Source: Eledone cirrhosa (taxonomy: Eukaryota). From it: a DNA stretch of 64,000 bases. The stretch is from positions 339,388,001-339,452,000 of the forward strand of contig OZ024742.1 of assembly GCA_964016885.1 (NCBI GenBank), written 5' to 3'. Position 1 is the stretch's first letter; every line of letters starts with the position of its first letter. A program made the translations under genes and the position numbers. Below are positions 12,238-27,385 of this stretch, piece by piece. Below the pieces are notes generated by a model. The model saw nothing but the letters and a program-made list of their open reading frames with translations. It was not told the origin of the DNA and did not search any database.

Positions 12238-12331
12238 TATATAGGTATGTATTTATACATGTATATATATATGTATATATATATGTATGTATATATATAT
12301 GTATGTATATATATATATATATATATGTATG

Positions 12332-12362
<31 letters not shown>

Positions 12363-12392
12363 ATATATATATATACATACATATATATATAT

Positions 12393-12999
12393 GGTGGCTG
12401 CCAACTCGTTTTCGAGTACAGCCACTACTTTATATCCATGTAGGAGAACCCCTACCGATGCGCTGAACGAGTGTGACTTTTTAGTCCACCCAGCGACTTG
12501 AAAACTATGGTACAAACACTATACTTGTGACAATTATTGGCACATAGTGCTGGGCCCATGGTACCATGTGACGACAAGTGCAGAGAGATCTCCAGATATA
12601 AAGCAATGCCTGTGCCGTGAAGCTTTTATAGTGAGCAAAGGCACTGCACAAAGCCAGTCCCACTCTCTTAACCAAGATGATATTTACCAAAAAGGAGAAC
12701 AAGTCAACATCATTGGATACCATCAGGGTTGCAGGTGTTATATCAGAGTTTTCCTTCTCCTAGAATTCTGCCTTGACAAAGGCTAAGGGGTCATCTCTCC
12801 CGGTGATTTTGGATGGCCATTGACTCTTAAGAGCTCCTTTGCCCTTTGACAGGTTTTGTTTTTAGTCCTGCAGGATGTCCAAAGTCACCCACCTCACCAA
12901 GAAACCTTGGTGGGGTTGCCAGTTTAGTCGCCAACGACCCGACCATGAGACAGGTTGTACTGGGATACATGTTACCAGTAGCACCAACTGGTGACCTGA
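12393..12999 (-). mobile_element. Interspersed non-coding retroposon (possibly RTE 5'-UTR-related); further copies at 27421-27930 (-) and 28176-28685 (+, diverged)
   Basis: Three homologous copies in the window with no credible ORF; the family assignment is inference. Confidence 0.65.
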
Positions 13000-13043
13000 C
13001 ATACATATATATACATATATATATATACATGTATATATACATA

Positions 13044-13112
<69 letters not shown>

Positions 13113-13127
13113 ATATATATATATGTA

Positions 13128-14518
13128 TCTCTTTTATCTTTTACCTGATTCAGCCATCCGGCTGAGGCCATGCTGGGGCACCGCCCTTGTTGCTACACAT
13201 TTCATCTCCAGCCTGTATAGGTTGGCCACTGGTGTAGGAGGGAGTTTGTTGCTGCTGCCCTTAGGTTTCCTTCATGTCTTGCTGTGGGCTCATCCGGGAT
13301 CCTGGATAACAAGGTGTCGAGATGTTTCTTAAAGACATCCACCTCCACGTCATGCAAGTCTCTCAGATGCCTCGGCAGCCTGTTGAAGAGTTGAGGGCCC
13401 TTGAATCCCAGGCTATTGCAACACCTGCTCCTTATTCTAGATGTGGAAGACGGGACCTTTGGCACCACACAGTGACGTCCTGTTCGACGGTTGGTCCAGC
13501 TCCCAATGCCAAAGTTTGGTGCTAGTCCCTCCAGGATTTTCCACATGTAGATCACTGCGTATCTCTCCCGTCTTCGCTCCAAGGAGTAGAGGTTCAGTTC
13601 CTTCAGCCTCTCCCAGTAGCTTGTCTCCCTCATCTTGGCAATCCTCTTGGTGTAGCTTCGCTGGATTGCCTCAAGCTCCGTGGTTAGTTTGACACTATGG
13701 GGTGACCACAGCTGGGAGCAGTAGTCCAGGCGGCTTAGGACAAAAGTCCTCCACAGTGTCAACATGGTGTCTCGATCTCTTGTAAGGAAAGTCCTCAAGA
13801 TCCAGCCAGCGAATCGTCTACATGTTGTCGCCACCTTCATGATGTGTGAAGAAAAAGATGCATCATCGCTCATGTCTATGCCCAGGTCTCGTATCGATTT
13901 TGACACGGGGATATCGGTCCCTCCTGGTCCTGTGTAGCTGTGTTCCACTATATTTGTGTTTGCAGGTTTGTATTGTAGGGCTTGGAATTTGCCAGCATTA
14001 AACTGCATGTTGTTTTCTTCCGCCCATCTGTATATGGCATCCAGATCCTGCTGTAAAAGGGCAGTGTCAGCCGGGTTTTTGATTGCCTGTGCTACCTTAG
14101 TGTCATCAGCATAGCTAGTGACGGATGTTGTTGCATGCACCACAGAGGGCATGTCCGAAAGAGCCACCAAAAACAGTAGTGGTCCCAGGACTGTCCCCTG
14201 GGGCACTCCACTTGTTATTGGTGTTTCCTTTGAGAGGGCCCCATTTGCTGCGACTGCCTCGATTCTGTCCCTTAGGAAGCCATGCAGCCACTCACCTACT
14301 TTTCCAGTTATGCCGAGTCCGTGTAGTTTGTGGCATATCATTCCGTGGTCGACCTTGTCAAAGGCCTTCGCAAAGTCAAGATATATCACGTCCACATGTG
14401 AGCTGTCTAGTAGCTGTCTCAGTACCCAGTCGTAGTGATGTAGCAGCTGTGTAAGGCAGCTTCTTCCTGGGCGGAAGCCATGTTGCGTGCTAGTCAGGCG
14501 GTCATTTTCTTCGAGGAA
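13128..14518 (-). mobile_element. 5'-truncated CR1/L2-group LINE; RT and C-terminus in an open frame 14518-13202
   Basis: [49 protein letters not shown]; 3' stem-loop cagcc/ggctg and taaaaga tail. Confidence 0.92.
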
Positions 14519-14546
14519 ATGTATATATTTATATATATGTATGTAT

Positions 14547-14580
<34 letters not shown>

Positions 14581-14601
14581 GTATATATATATATATGTAT
14601 G

Positions 14602-14632
<31 letters not shown>

Positions 14633-14661
14633 GAATGTATGTATATATATATATATGTATG

Positions 14662-14706
<45 letters not shown>

Positions 14707-14733
14707 ATATATATGTATGTATATATATATATG

Positions 14734-14784
<51 letters not shown>

Positions 14785-14827
14785 GTATATATATATATAT
14801 ATATGTATGTATATATATATATGTATG

Positions 14828-14879
<52 letters not shown>

Positions 14880-14901
14880 TGTATATATATATATATATAT
14901 G

Positions 14902-14942
<41 letters not shown>

Positions 14943-15001
14943 ATATATATATATATATATGTATGTATATATATATATGTATGTATATATATATATATAT
15001 G

Positions 15002-15104
<103 letters not shown>

Positions 15105-15149
15105 ATATATATGTATGTATATATATATGTATATATATATATATGTATG

Positions 15150-15184
<35 letters not shown>

Positions 15185-15189
15185 GTATG

Positions 15190-15226
<37 letters not shown>

Positions 15227-15259
15227 GTATGTATGTATGTATATATATATACATATATG

Positions 15260-15360
<101 letters not shown>

Positions 15361-15479
15361 ATATATATGTTTGTATATATATATATATATGTATGTGTGT
15401 ATGTGTATATATATATATGTATGTATGTATATATATAGAGATATATGTATGTATATATATATATATGTATGTATATATG

Positions 15480-15560
<81 letters not shown>

Positions 15561-15609
15561 GTATGTATATATATATATATATGTATGTATATATATATAT
15601 ATATCTATG

Positions 15610-15811
<202 letters not shown>

Positions 15812-15823
15812 TGTATATATATA

Positions 15824-17095
15824 AGAACAAAAGATGGTTAAAGGAGTTCCATGTATTTTATTATGCGCATTTCAAAAACAAACATCATCATGCAATAATA
15901 TTTGTGTTTTCATCAGATAAAACAGGAGGACATGATATGAAGGCTAAAAAAAACTTGTGGATAGTGCAGTTTTAAATCAACATATGAGAAGTAGTTTTAG
16001 ATTGATGTGTGATATTGGGAAAAATATTTTATTTAGAGGGGGGGGGGGGGATGAAAAAAAGAGCAGGAGATGAGAGGGAGGAATATAATGAGGAAGGATG
16101 AGATAGGAGGAGAGATGGGTGATAGAGAGAGAGAGATAGTTTTTATAACTGAGAAAGATATATTGTTTTACATAGAGAGGTTGAAAACCGTTGGAAGATA
16201 ATGTATAAATTAAAAGAATTTGAAAATTAACGAAGGGAAAAATATGTGCGACGAAGGAGAGGGAGTTAATATGTATTGAGAATAATGAGTTTGATGATAG
16301 AGAGAAGAGAATAATGAATTGCGGATGAATATTCTAACGTCAAAAAAGTGTGTATGTTTGCAAGTATTATGGAAATTTGAAAATTAACGAAGAGAAAAAA
16401 AATTAAGGTTTGTGTATTGAAGGATTTGAGAAAAATAATGTGAAGTTAAGGTTTGTATATTGAAGGAATTGATAATATGTGCGAAGAAAGAGTTAATATG
16501 TATTGAGAATGAGTTAGATGATAGGGAGAAAAAAAATAATGAATTAAGGATGAATAATCTGGCGTCAAAACAAATGTATATGTTACGAAGGATTTTACAA
16601 GGTGAAAATAGAGTAAGGGTAATGAGTAAACAAGTATTATAGAGTGTATAATACCCTTTGAAATAAGGTAGGAAGATCGGTATATTTTAAAAGAGGTGTA
16701 TGTATATGTGCCTTTGAGAAAAAGATTCTAAATTGACAAAGAATTGAATATTAGCTGTATACTTTTGAAATGTTTTATGGAATTTATGCAAGCAGATAGA
16801 AAACAAGTCAGTTCGTCTATTTATTATAGAATCTAGATTAGAGATAATGGTAAATTTTTCATTTAGGCAGAGATTGTAGATTTTAGATAGAGAGCTGTTC
16901 AAGTATGTAGACGCAGAAGAAACCTTCTTCCAAAAGATGGTATATTTAATGTTTTTGTCTTTCAAGGACCATATGAGTTCTGAGAGAGCCGTGTTGGTTC
17001 TTTTAAGTTTGTATTTAAAAGATGAATGATGATTATAGAGACGAGCTTTAAAAGAGGTGGAAGTGGAGCCAAAATAGGTGAAGGAATTGGTGTGT
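15824..17095 (-). mobile_element. 5'-truncated Naiad-type PLE (GIY-YIG C-terminal remnant ~16687-17090 plus 3' UTR), with a short inverted duplicate at 17096-17161
   Basis: TYFGSTSTSFKARLYNHHSSF...LKDKNIKYTIFWK...NLCLNEK...C.HK; 17096-17161 is the reverse complement of 16681-16747. Confidence 0.85.
15856..15922 (-). ncRNA. Type I hammerhead ribozyme
   Basis: Minus strand: ttttat-CTGATGA-aaacacaaatattat...atgatgtttgttttt-GAAA-tgcgca-TA-ataaaa. Confidence 0.85.
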
Positions 17096-17164
17096 CAATT
17101 CTTTATCAATTTAGAATCTTTTTCTCAAAGGCACATATACATACACCTCTTTTAAAATATACAC

Positions 17165-18487
17165 TTTTATTTCGCGTTTCATAATTGGAGACAATTGTGC
17201 AAATTCTTCTTGCTAGGTTAAAAGGAATGTTCGTCTTCGTGTGCTTTGGATGGTTGGAGGTGAATAGCAGATATTGTTTGGAATCTGTTGGTTTGTAGTG
17301 TATGTCAGTTTCGATATTTGTGTCTTTTTTTGTGATTAAGATGTCCAGAAATGGGAGTTGATCTTGGCTGTATTCCATTGTGAATTGGATGTGGTTATTG
17401 ATGCCGTTTATTAAGTTTTTGAAATCCTTCAGTTGGTCGAGTGTGTGGATTTCAACTGAAGGATTTCAAAAACTTAATAAACGGCATCAATAACCACATC
17501 CAATTCACAATGGAATACAATTATGAAACGCGAAATAAAAGACTTCAAGAATTAAAGGAAATTCTACTTGAGAGAGAGTACCCACTATTACTAATAAATA
17601 ATGGAATAGAAAGGGCTAAAGCAATAGGCATTGATGAATTACGGAAACAGAAACAAATTCAAGGTACGTCCAATATTCTATCATATATCTCAACACACAA
17701 CCCAAGAAATGCGGAAGCTTACAACACTATTCACAATAACATCCCACTACTAAAACAAAACCCAAGAATGAAAAAAGCCCTTGAAACACACAAAATAATC
17801 AAAAGCAAAAGACAACCAAAATCACTGAAAACATTACTCACCAATGCCAAATTACCTACCACAAACCCACAACCAAGTATCAAAAAATGTGGTCGCTCTA
17901 ATTGTGGAACCTGCACTCACCTCATTGAAGGCAACACGTATACATTTAAATCAGGACAAAATTTTACTGTAAAAAATCACTTCACTTGCTCATCAAAAAT
18001 TCTAATTTATGCTATTAAATGTAAAGGATGCAATGAAGATTATATAGCACAAACTAAACTCACACTCAGAAACAGAATGACAGTTCATCGCCAACAATTA
18101 CGAGATCCAACCACGAGACAAATACCACTAAGTGCACATCTAGACATTTGCGCAAGTAATAAGACACCCAAATTCCAAGTCTTCCCATTTTACCTTTGCG
18201 CTAACAATACAACAGAACAAATGCGAATAAATAAGGAAAATATGTTTATTCAAAAATATAGACCAACATTAAATAAGGTTTAATATACATTATGTCAACA
18301 CCACAATATGACATACACACACACACATAACACCTACTTTAGAAAATAAAAACCCGAACTAAATAAACCTTAAACATACGTTTGCACTGGCAATACAACA
18401 GCAAACACGAAAAAGTCAGGAAAATATGTTCATTCAAAAATATTCCTACTAAAGGAATCATTTTCCTACACACACACATACACACAC

Positions 18488-18534
<47 letters not shown>

Positions 18535-18792
18535 TATTCATCTTAACATGCTAACCATACTCCCACACACATAACACCCATACACACACATAAAAACCCC
18601 CACACGTACAACACCCTCCCCATTTCTACTAATAGAACCACTTTCCTACACACATATATATATACACACACACAAAAAATATATATTCTCTCTATCTAAC
18701 ATACTCGCACACACACACATAACACCCATATACACACACACACAACTCCCTCCCCCATCTCTACTAATAGAATCATCTTCCAATACACACAT

Positions 18793-18825
<33 letters not shown>

Positions 18826-19386
18826 AGCACACAAATAAACACATATCTTCAGTCTCAATAGAAAATCTGAACTCTGATACCTGAACTCTGACAGCTGGCC
18901 ATATTCACTGAACCAGAACATTTCTCCCAATCCCTTTTCCCTTGACCACTATCTCTCCATTGTCATAACATTCACTATAGACTACAGAATAGTTTTCCAA
19001 ATAAGGGCGCAAAAATGTAATGAAAACTTGTTCACGTGACAGCCAAATTTCATTTATAACCAACCAAAAAAAAGCCTTCGTGAGCCTCATTTTTTCAAGT
19101 AAAAAGAAATTCAAACACTCATATATGAAAAAACAACCTGTGACAACGCCCCCCCTCTCTCTTATTTGAAGAACTATTGTAACGCGAACTGGCGCGAAAT
19201 TTATTATAATTATTGACAAACCAATCAAATTACTTCTCGAAAAACGTGGTTTTCGAGCCAGTTTTTCCATATAAAACAAGTAACATTTAGAGACCAACCA
19301 GATGTGAGAAAAACCACAGACCCTCCATCTCAACTCACCTTTTGAAAAGCAGAAGAACTGCGAAACCGGTAAAGGAACCAAATAAA
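17165..19386 (+). mobile_element. 5'-truncated Neptune-like PLE (ORF remnant 17452-18283 plus 3' UTR) with an inverted RT-thumb segment at 17165-17436
   Basis: Minus piece LPFLDILI...YKPTDSKQYL..SNHP; plus piece CGRSNCGTC, FTCSS..LIYAIKCKGCNEDYIAQT...RMTVH...LN. Confidence 0.88.
19338..19375 (+). ncRNA. Minimal hammerhead, U3-A8 core variant
   Basis: cctt-TTGAAAA-gcag-aagaa-ctgc-GAAA-ccgg-TA-aagg. Confidence 0.82.
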
Positions 19387-19458
19387 TATATATATATATG
19401 TATGTATGTATATATATATATGTATGTATATATATATATATCTATGTATATATATATG

Positions 19459-19731
<273 letters not shown>

Positions 19732-19961
19732 AAATGAAAATTAGAGTTAATAACTCCAATTGAAACCCTGTAATTATTAAGCTCCAAGTATAAAATACTG
19801 AGCCGTATAATAATAATATATATGCAGTAAGAAACACAGTAAACCGTGTGTCTAATATTACAAGGGTTGAAAAACCACATTTGTTTGAAATATTTAACCA
19901 AGAAGCAGACAGAATGATAAAATAAAATTATATTATACAAACCGCCTTAATAACAATTATA

Positions 19962-20042
19962 TCTCTCGGACAGATTATCCCTAATCTGTTTCGCCCTGAG
20001 TGTGTTTGCAACAGATACTCCATGGGCATCATCAGCAAGAGA
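19962..20042 (-). ncRNA. Canonical full type I hammerhead in a PLE-end remnant (~19733-20095)
   Basis: Minus strand: tctcttg-CTGATGA-t-gccc...gggc-GAAA-cagatta-ggga-taatctG-TC-cgagaga; three well-paired stems. Confidence 0.92.
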
Positions 20043-20125
20043 ATCTGATTCAATGCGACAAACACTATGTACCAACGTTCACACAGAAAGATACATACAT
20101 ATATATGTATGTATATATATATATG

Positions 20126-20261
<136 letters not shown>

Positions 20262-20342
20262 TATGTATGTGTATATATATATATGTATGTATATATATGT
20301 ATATATATATATATGTATGTATATATATATACATATATATAC

Positions 20343-20529
<187 letters not shown>

Positions 20530-20540
20530 TAACAGATTAA

Positions 20541-20591
20541 AGTTTAAGCAAGGAATCGCTGCTTTCACCCTTAACGGGATCTTCTGAAACT
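20541..20591 (-). ncRNA. Hammerhead-like motif, A4 core variant
   Basis: Minus strand: agttt-CAGAAGA-tccc-gttaa-gggt-GAAA-gca..tgc-TT-aaact. Confidence 0.65.
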
Positions 20592-22050
20592 AACAAAGTC
20601 AATCTGTAAACGCAGAACTGGATATTTAAAAAAACGTTGCAACCGGTGGAAGACAGGAAGACGATACTTTGGTTCGTGGGAACGTTCGCTGGCTAAGAAA
20701 GGGAAAAAACGAATATATGCCTCTCTAGTAACATTGTCTACAAATGTAAGGTTGTAACACCCACGTCCCGTTGGGCCTACATAGGGTTAACCGCCAATAG
20801 ATTCAAGCAGCGTCTTTACATACATACCCATTCTTTTCGTTACCCTCTATGAAGGAATATGACGTCACTTTCAGCTTAAATCTGGAGTCTAAAAGACAAC
20901 CACACCCAATATAAGTTACACTGGGAGATCCTAGCTAGGGCTAGATCGTATAACGGGAATTAAAAGACCATGTGACCTCTGTGCCGCTGAGGCCCTGGAA
21001 ATACTCTACGCCACAGACCACATCTTAAACAAAAAATCTGAGGCAATTTCGGCTTGTAAACATACATTGCACAAAACTTTCCTGTATTACAGCCCCACGT
21101 TATACCCTAACGGATAGTACGATCTATACGTGGATATTTTACGTCTCGATGTGGGAGCTAAGTATATGTTTTGTTTATACCTTTACTTATTTGCAAAGGT
21201 AAGTATATATTATCCGTATGTTTTGTGAAGGTACGTATACCTTCTCGTACGTATATTTGATTGTTATGGCGTATAATTTTTTTAATATATTCTGGTACAT
21301 ATGGTTCGGCTATGTGTATACGGGAGTTTTGCGTCTGTGTGAGTATGCAGGTTCGTACGTATGTAGGGCGTGTGTATATGTGTACTTCATGTTTTGGTTG
21401 ACTTACGTCTCCGAACATTCGTGTATTTACATGTAGGTATGTGTGTGCGCTTGTTATATACGTATTTATTTATTTATATACGTTTATATAATTATTTATT
21501 TATTTGTATACACGCTTACACGCACACTCATATTTATATGTGCGTGGTTTTGTTTACCTATGGTAAGTTTTTGCGTATGCTTGTGTATGAACGTTTCTGC
21601 CTGCGTGTATGTATTTATTTATTTCTATTACTTCTGTATTGTATTTATTTAATTTGTTCTTAACTCCGTAGCGGAGATTCATTCGGTCTCCTAGTTAGAA
21701 TTTAGTCTACGACTTCTGCTATACCATTTACGTGGTTTTGTCTTTGCGTGCTATTGTTCTCCACGCTCCACATATGACGTATTATCTTGGTTTTTTTCGT
21801 TCATCGCCAGAGAACGTCTCTATGCACTACCTAAGAGAACATTAGTCTATGACCTCTATTATACCATAAACGTGGTTCTGTCTTTGCGCGTAATTGTTTT
21901 TCACCGCTCATATTAATGACGTATTATATTCGTTTTTTCCCGTTCTTAGCCAGTGAACGTTTCCACGAATAAAAGTATCGTCTTCCTGTCTTCCTCCGGT
22001 TGCAACGTTTTTTGAAATATTCAGTTCTGCGTTTACAGATTGACTTTGTT

Positions 22051-22101
22051 AATTTCAGAAGATCCCGTTAATGGTGAAAGCAGCGATTCTTTGCTTAAAC
22101 T
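22051..22101 (+). ncRNA. Hammerhead-like motif, second copy of 20541-20591
   Basis: aattt-CAGAAGA-tcccgttaatggt-GAAA-gca..tgc-TT-aaact. Confidence 0.55.
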
Positions 22102-22211
22102 TTAATCTGTTATTTTAATAAATATTTGCTCTACGGTTCTTATATATTTGATATATATTTATCCTTATCGAGCCCTCTTTGGATTTTAGTCTTCAAATTT
22201 ATTATTATTAC

Positions 22212-22246
<35 letters not shown>

Positions 22247-22247
22247 G

Positions 22248-22358
<111 letters not shown>

Positions 22359-22391
22359 ATATATATATACATATATACATATATATATATG

Positions 22392-22423
<32 letters not shown>

Positions 22424-22562
22424 TATATATATATATATATATATTTATTAAAATAACAGATTAAAGTTTAAGCAAAGAATCGCTTATCGAGCCCTCTTTG
22501 GATTTTAGTCTTCAATTTTATTATTATTACTATATATATATATATATAGTAATAATAATAAA

Positions 22563-23710
<1,148 letters not shown>

Positions 23711-23774
23711 GTGAGGTTTTTTTTACAAAATGAAAAATAACCGAGGTGTCCTACACGAGTGGAAGTATAAAGAA

Positions 23775-24051
23775 AAAGGGATGAAATCGAAAATGCAACT
23801 GAAGTCTTATTTTTTTTTTAAATATATATATTTATTTGGTTCCTACACCGGTTTCGCAGTTCTTCTGCTTTTCAAAAGGTGAGTTGAGATGGAGGGTCTG
23901 TGGTTTTTCTCCAGATGTGAGAAAAACCACAGACCCTCCATCTCAACTCACCTTTTGAAAAGCAGAAGAACTGCGAAACCGGTAAAGGAACCAAATAAAT
24001 ATATATATTTTAAAAAAAAATAAGACTTCAGTTGCATTTTCGATTTCATCC

Positions 24052-24055
<4 letters not shown>
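23775..24055. repeat. Palindrome (7-nt spacer) of the 3' end of the PLE family at 17165-19386; hammerheads at 23842-23879 (-, mutated) and 23951-23988 (+)
   Basis: Arms are reverse complements and match ~19300-19390. Confidence 0.9.
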
Positions 24056-24096
<41 letters not shown>

Positions 24097-24106
24097 CATA
24101 TGTATG

Positions 24107-24199
<93 letters not shown>

Positions 24200-24317
24200 A
24201 TATATATATATATATGTATGTATATATATATATATATGTATGTATATATATATATATATATGTATGTATATATATATATACATACATAGATACATATATA
24301 TATATATATATATACAT

Positions 24318-24403
<86 letters not shown>

Positions 24404-24411
<8 letters not shown>

Positions 24412-24785
24412 ATAAATGGAAACTATATTTATAAAACCATATTTATTTCATTATATATATTTCGGGGATATCATATTAACAATATGCTATGCCTTCCTCA
24501 GACAAAATACAATATAAACAGTTTTATAGATAAATATATTCGACATACCGTAACAACACCGACTTGCATTTGAAGAGGTTGAACTGGCAGAGGTTGGACT
24601 GCCAGTTCAACCTCTTCAAATGCAAGTCGGTGTTGTTACGGTATGTCGAATCTATTTATCTATAAAACTGTTTATATTGTATTTTGTCTGAGGAAGGCAT
24701 AGCATATTGTTAATATGATATCCCCGAAATATATATAATGAAATAAATATGGTTTTATAAATATAGTTTCCATTTATTTAATATT
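24404..24785. repeat. Palindrome (~187-bp arms, 8-nt spacer) of a PLE terminus; hammerheads at 24446-24507 (-) and 24682-24743 (+)
   Basis: ttttgt-CTGAGGA-agg..catatt-gtt-aatatg..cc-GAAA-tatata-TA-atgaaa; right arm extends ~90 nt further. Confidence 0.88.
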
Positions 24786-24900
24786 GTAAATATACTCCAA
24801 ATATTTGTCGAGTGCTTTTATATCAGTTATAAATATTTACTAGTTGTAACCCAACAATTTTAAATATAACTTTCCATATATATATATATATATATATATA

Positions 24901-25058
24901 TAAACGTTTGAATTTGTAAAGCCAAAACAATGCAGGTATAGACATACAATGAAAAATGTAAATGCAAAAGACTAATTCTCAACAATATCTTTTGCATTTG
25001 CTTTTTTCTTCTATGTCCATACCTGCATTGTTTTGGCTTTATAAATACAAACGTTTAT
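24901..25058. repeat. Imperfect palindrome between (TA)n tracts
   Basis: taaacgtttg...tgcaaaaga / tcttttgca...caaacgttta. Confidence 0.8.
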
Positions 25059-25097
25059 ACCGCATTACACAATGCTTCAATTGAACTATAACTTCCT

Positions 25098-25146
<49 letters not shown>

Positions 25147-25205
25147 TTTATCCCGGGTTCAATCGGCGGTAACCACAGTAAGTAAGGTATTCAATAGAAA
25201 GCAGA

Positions 25206-25278
<73 letters not shown>

Positions 25279-26039
25279 CTTGTTTATTCCTATCTTTGCG
25301 TTGCTTTCATCCTTCTATGTTGTTTACTTGTCTCACTCGCTTTACGCGATTTACTTGTCCCAATAGCTTTATTTAGCTATTGCTTGCACCAACCTGAGGT
25401 ATATGATTTTTAATGCGATGAAATATCAATGATGGTTGGAAAAATCACTGACGAAGGACTATTTTTATCATATGTAACCCATGTGCAACCACGCAGTATT
25501 CTTCTTTCTTCTCATGTTTTTTATATATATTTACCTCGGCTGCGTTTGTCTGTTTCTCTCTTACTGCTTCCCCGTTCTCTCTGTTGCTCTCACATTCTTT
25601 CGCCCTCTCTGTCAGTTACACTTTCTCTCGACTGATCTCTTCCTCGCACTTCCACTCACTCACTCTCTGTTTCTCCCCTTCTCACTTCCTCCCGTTTGGC
25701 TTGTAGTGGGTTCTCTTCTTGCTCACATCTCACTCACGTCGGACGGTCTGTTTCCCGATCGCTCATGAAATCCACCCAGCTTATGCTGACCGGATAACCA
25801 TGTTGCTTGTTTATTCCTATCTTTGCGTTGCTTTCATCCTTCTATGTTGTTTACTTGTCTCACTCGCTTTACGCGATTTACTTGTCCCAATAGCTTTATT
25901 TAGCTATTGCTCGCACCAACCTGAGGTATATGATTTTTAATGCGATGAAATATGAATGATGGTTGGAAAATCACTGACGAAGGACTATTTTTATCATATG
26001 TAACCCATGTGTAACCACGTAGTATTCTTCTTTCTTCTC

Positions 26040-26047
<8 letters not shown>
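25279..26047 (+). repeat. Partial tandem repeat (~240-bp direct repeats, ~527-bp period), pLTR-like
   Basis: 25279-25525 is repeated at ~25806-26047; each copy has CTGACGAAGGAC but lacks the GAAA half of a hammerhead. Confidence 0.75.
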
Positions 26048-26131
<84 letters not shown>

Positions 26132-26499
26132 GGCCTTCTGCAATCTCCGTATGGCAAATTTCGAAGGTACGGCACAGTTCCGCTGTGCCCAGCGGGCCAC
26201 GTAGTTGCAAAGTGAACTCCTTCACCCCACAGTCATGTCTCTCACCCTTTACGTTGTCACATTACATTTAGTGCGAACATATATATCCACTTGTTTCCAT
26301 CGTTAGTAGACGATATCTATGAACGTATCTATTGCTCTAGCCAACTCCCTCTTTCTTTGTCTCTTTGTCTGCCTCTCTCTCTCTCCTTACCCCCTCTCTC
26401 TCACTCACTCACTCATTCTCTTTCTTTCTTTCACTCCTTTCTCTCACCCACCCACGCTCCCTTTCTCTCCCTTTCCATATATATGTGAATAAATAAATA

Positions 26500-27385
26500 A
26501 ATAAATACATATATATACATATATATATAAATACATATATATATAAATGTAATAAGTGATTATGTAAGTCTATGAGTAAATAAAAGAAAAAGAGAGGTTA
26601 TACGTCTTAATCCGTATGGTGAGCAAATGAGGTCCAACGTGCTGGCCTCCCCACAGCCCCGGCAGACAGGATGGAGAAGGCGTTTCCCCGGAGGATGGTA
26701 AGGGAGATGCGCTGGAAGAGCCATTTCAACTCGCGAGGTTCACCTCTGCGGCTGGCCAGTTCAACGCCTATGGTGGTGACTAGGGAGGTGGCCCTAGGGC
26801 CAAGGACACTAGAAGTCTCCACTGCAAAGGGCACGAGCGCGAACCTGTCGGAGAGGGACCGGTATTTGAGGAGTTTGGCCTCCTCAGCCCGACGTTCAGC
26901 AGTACCTGGGTTAGTCGCAGACTGCACCAGGTGGGGCTAAAAAAGTGTCGGTGCAAGTGGAATCCCAGACGAGGGGTTTGCCACCGCGGAATAGGAAAAT
27001 GGTCATACCATCGGGCCTTTTGTTGTCCCCTCAGTCCAGCCCCACCGGCTCGAGCTGGGAGGGGAAGCCTGCAGCGTCCAAGCCATGCTTTATGACCTCG
27101 TTGAGGCAGCATGGCGTGGAAGGCGGCTGGCACTGTGGCGACAGGAAAGCGGGTGGAGTCCGAAAGAGTCCACGCTGGATCCACAGCGACATCTATGTGG
27201 CTCCCAGATCCGGAGTCCCAACCTCAAGGAAACGCCGATGCGCAGACTATCGTTATCCAGCTGCGTGCCAGTGGAGAAGGAGGGCAAGGCATGGAGACAG
27301 GCACCATTGTGGGGTTTGGAGGCCGCGCGAAAACAGGCAAAACGGTGCTGGTCGAGCTGGCGCGTGAGCCTGCCTGAGGCCAGGC
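26500..27385 (-). mobile_element. 3' fragment of a CRE-like non-LTR retrotransposon with restriction-like endonuclease (frameshifted)
   Basis: LRLGL..HRCRCG...HPLSC......RH; KRPDG.....GGKPLVWD; AEEAKLLKY..L....LVPFAVET; FQRISLTILRGNA. Confidence 0.88.
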
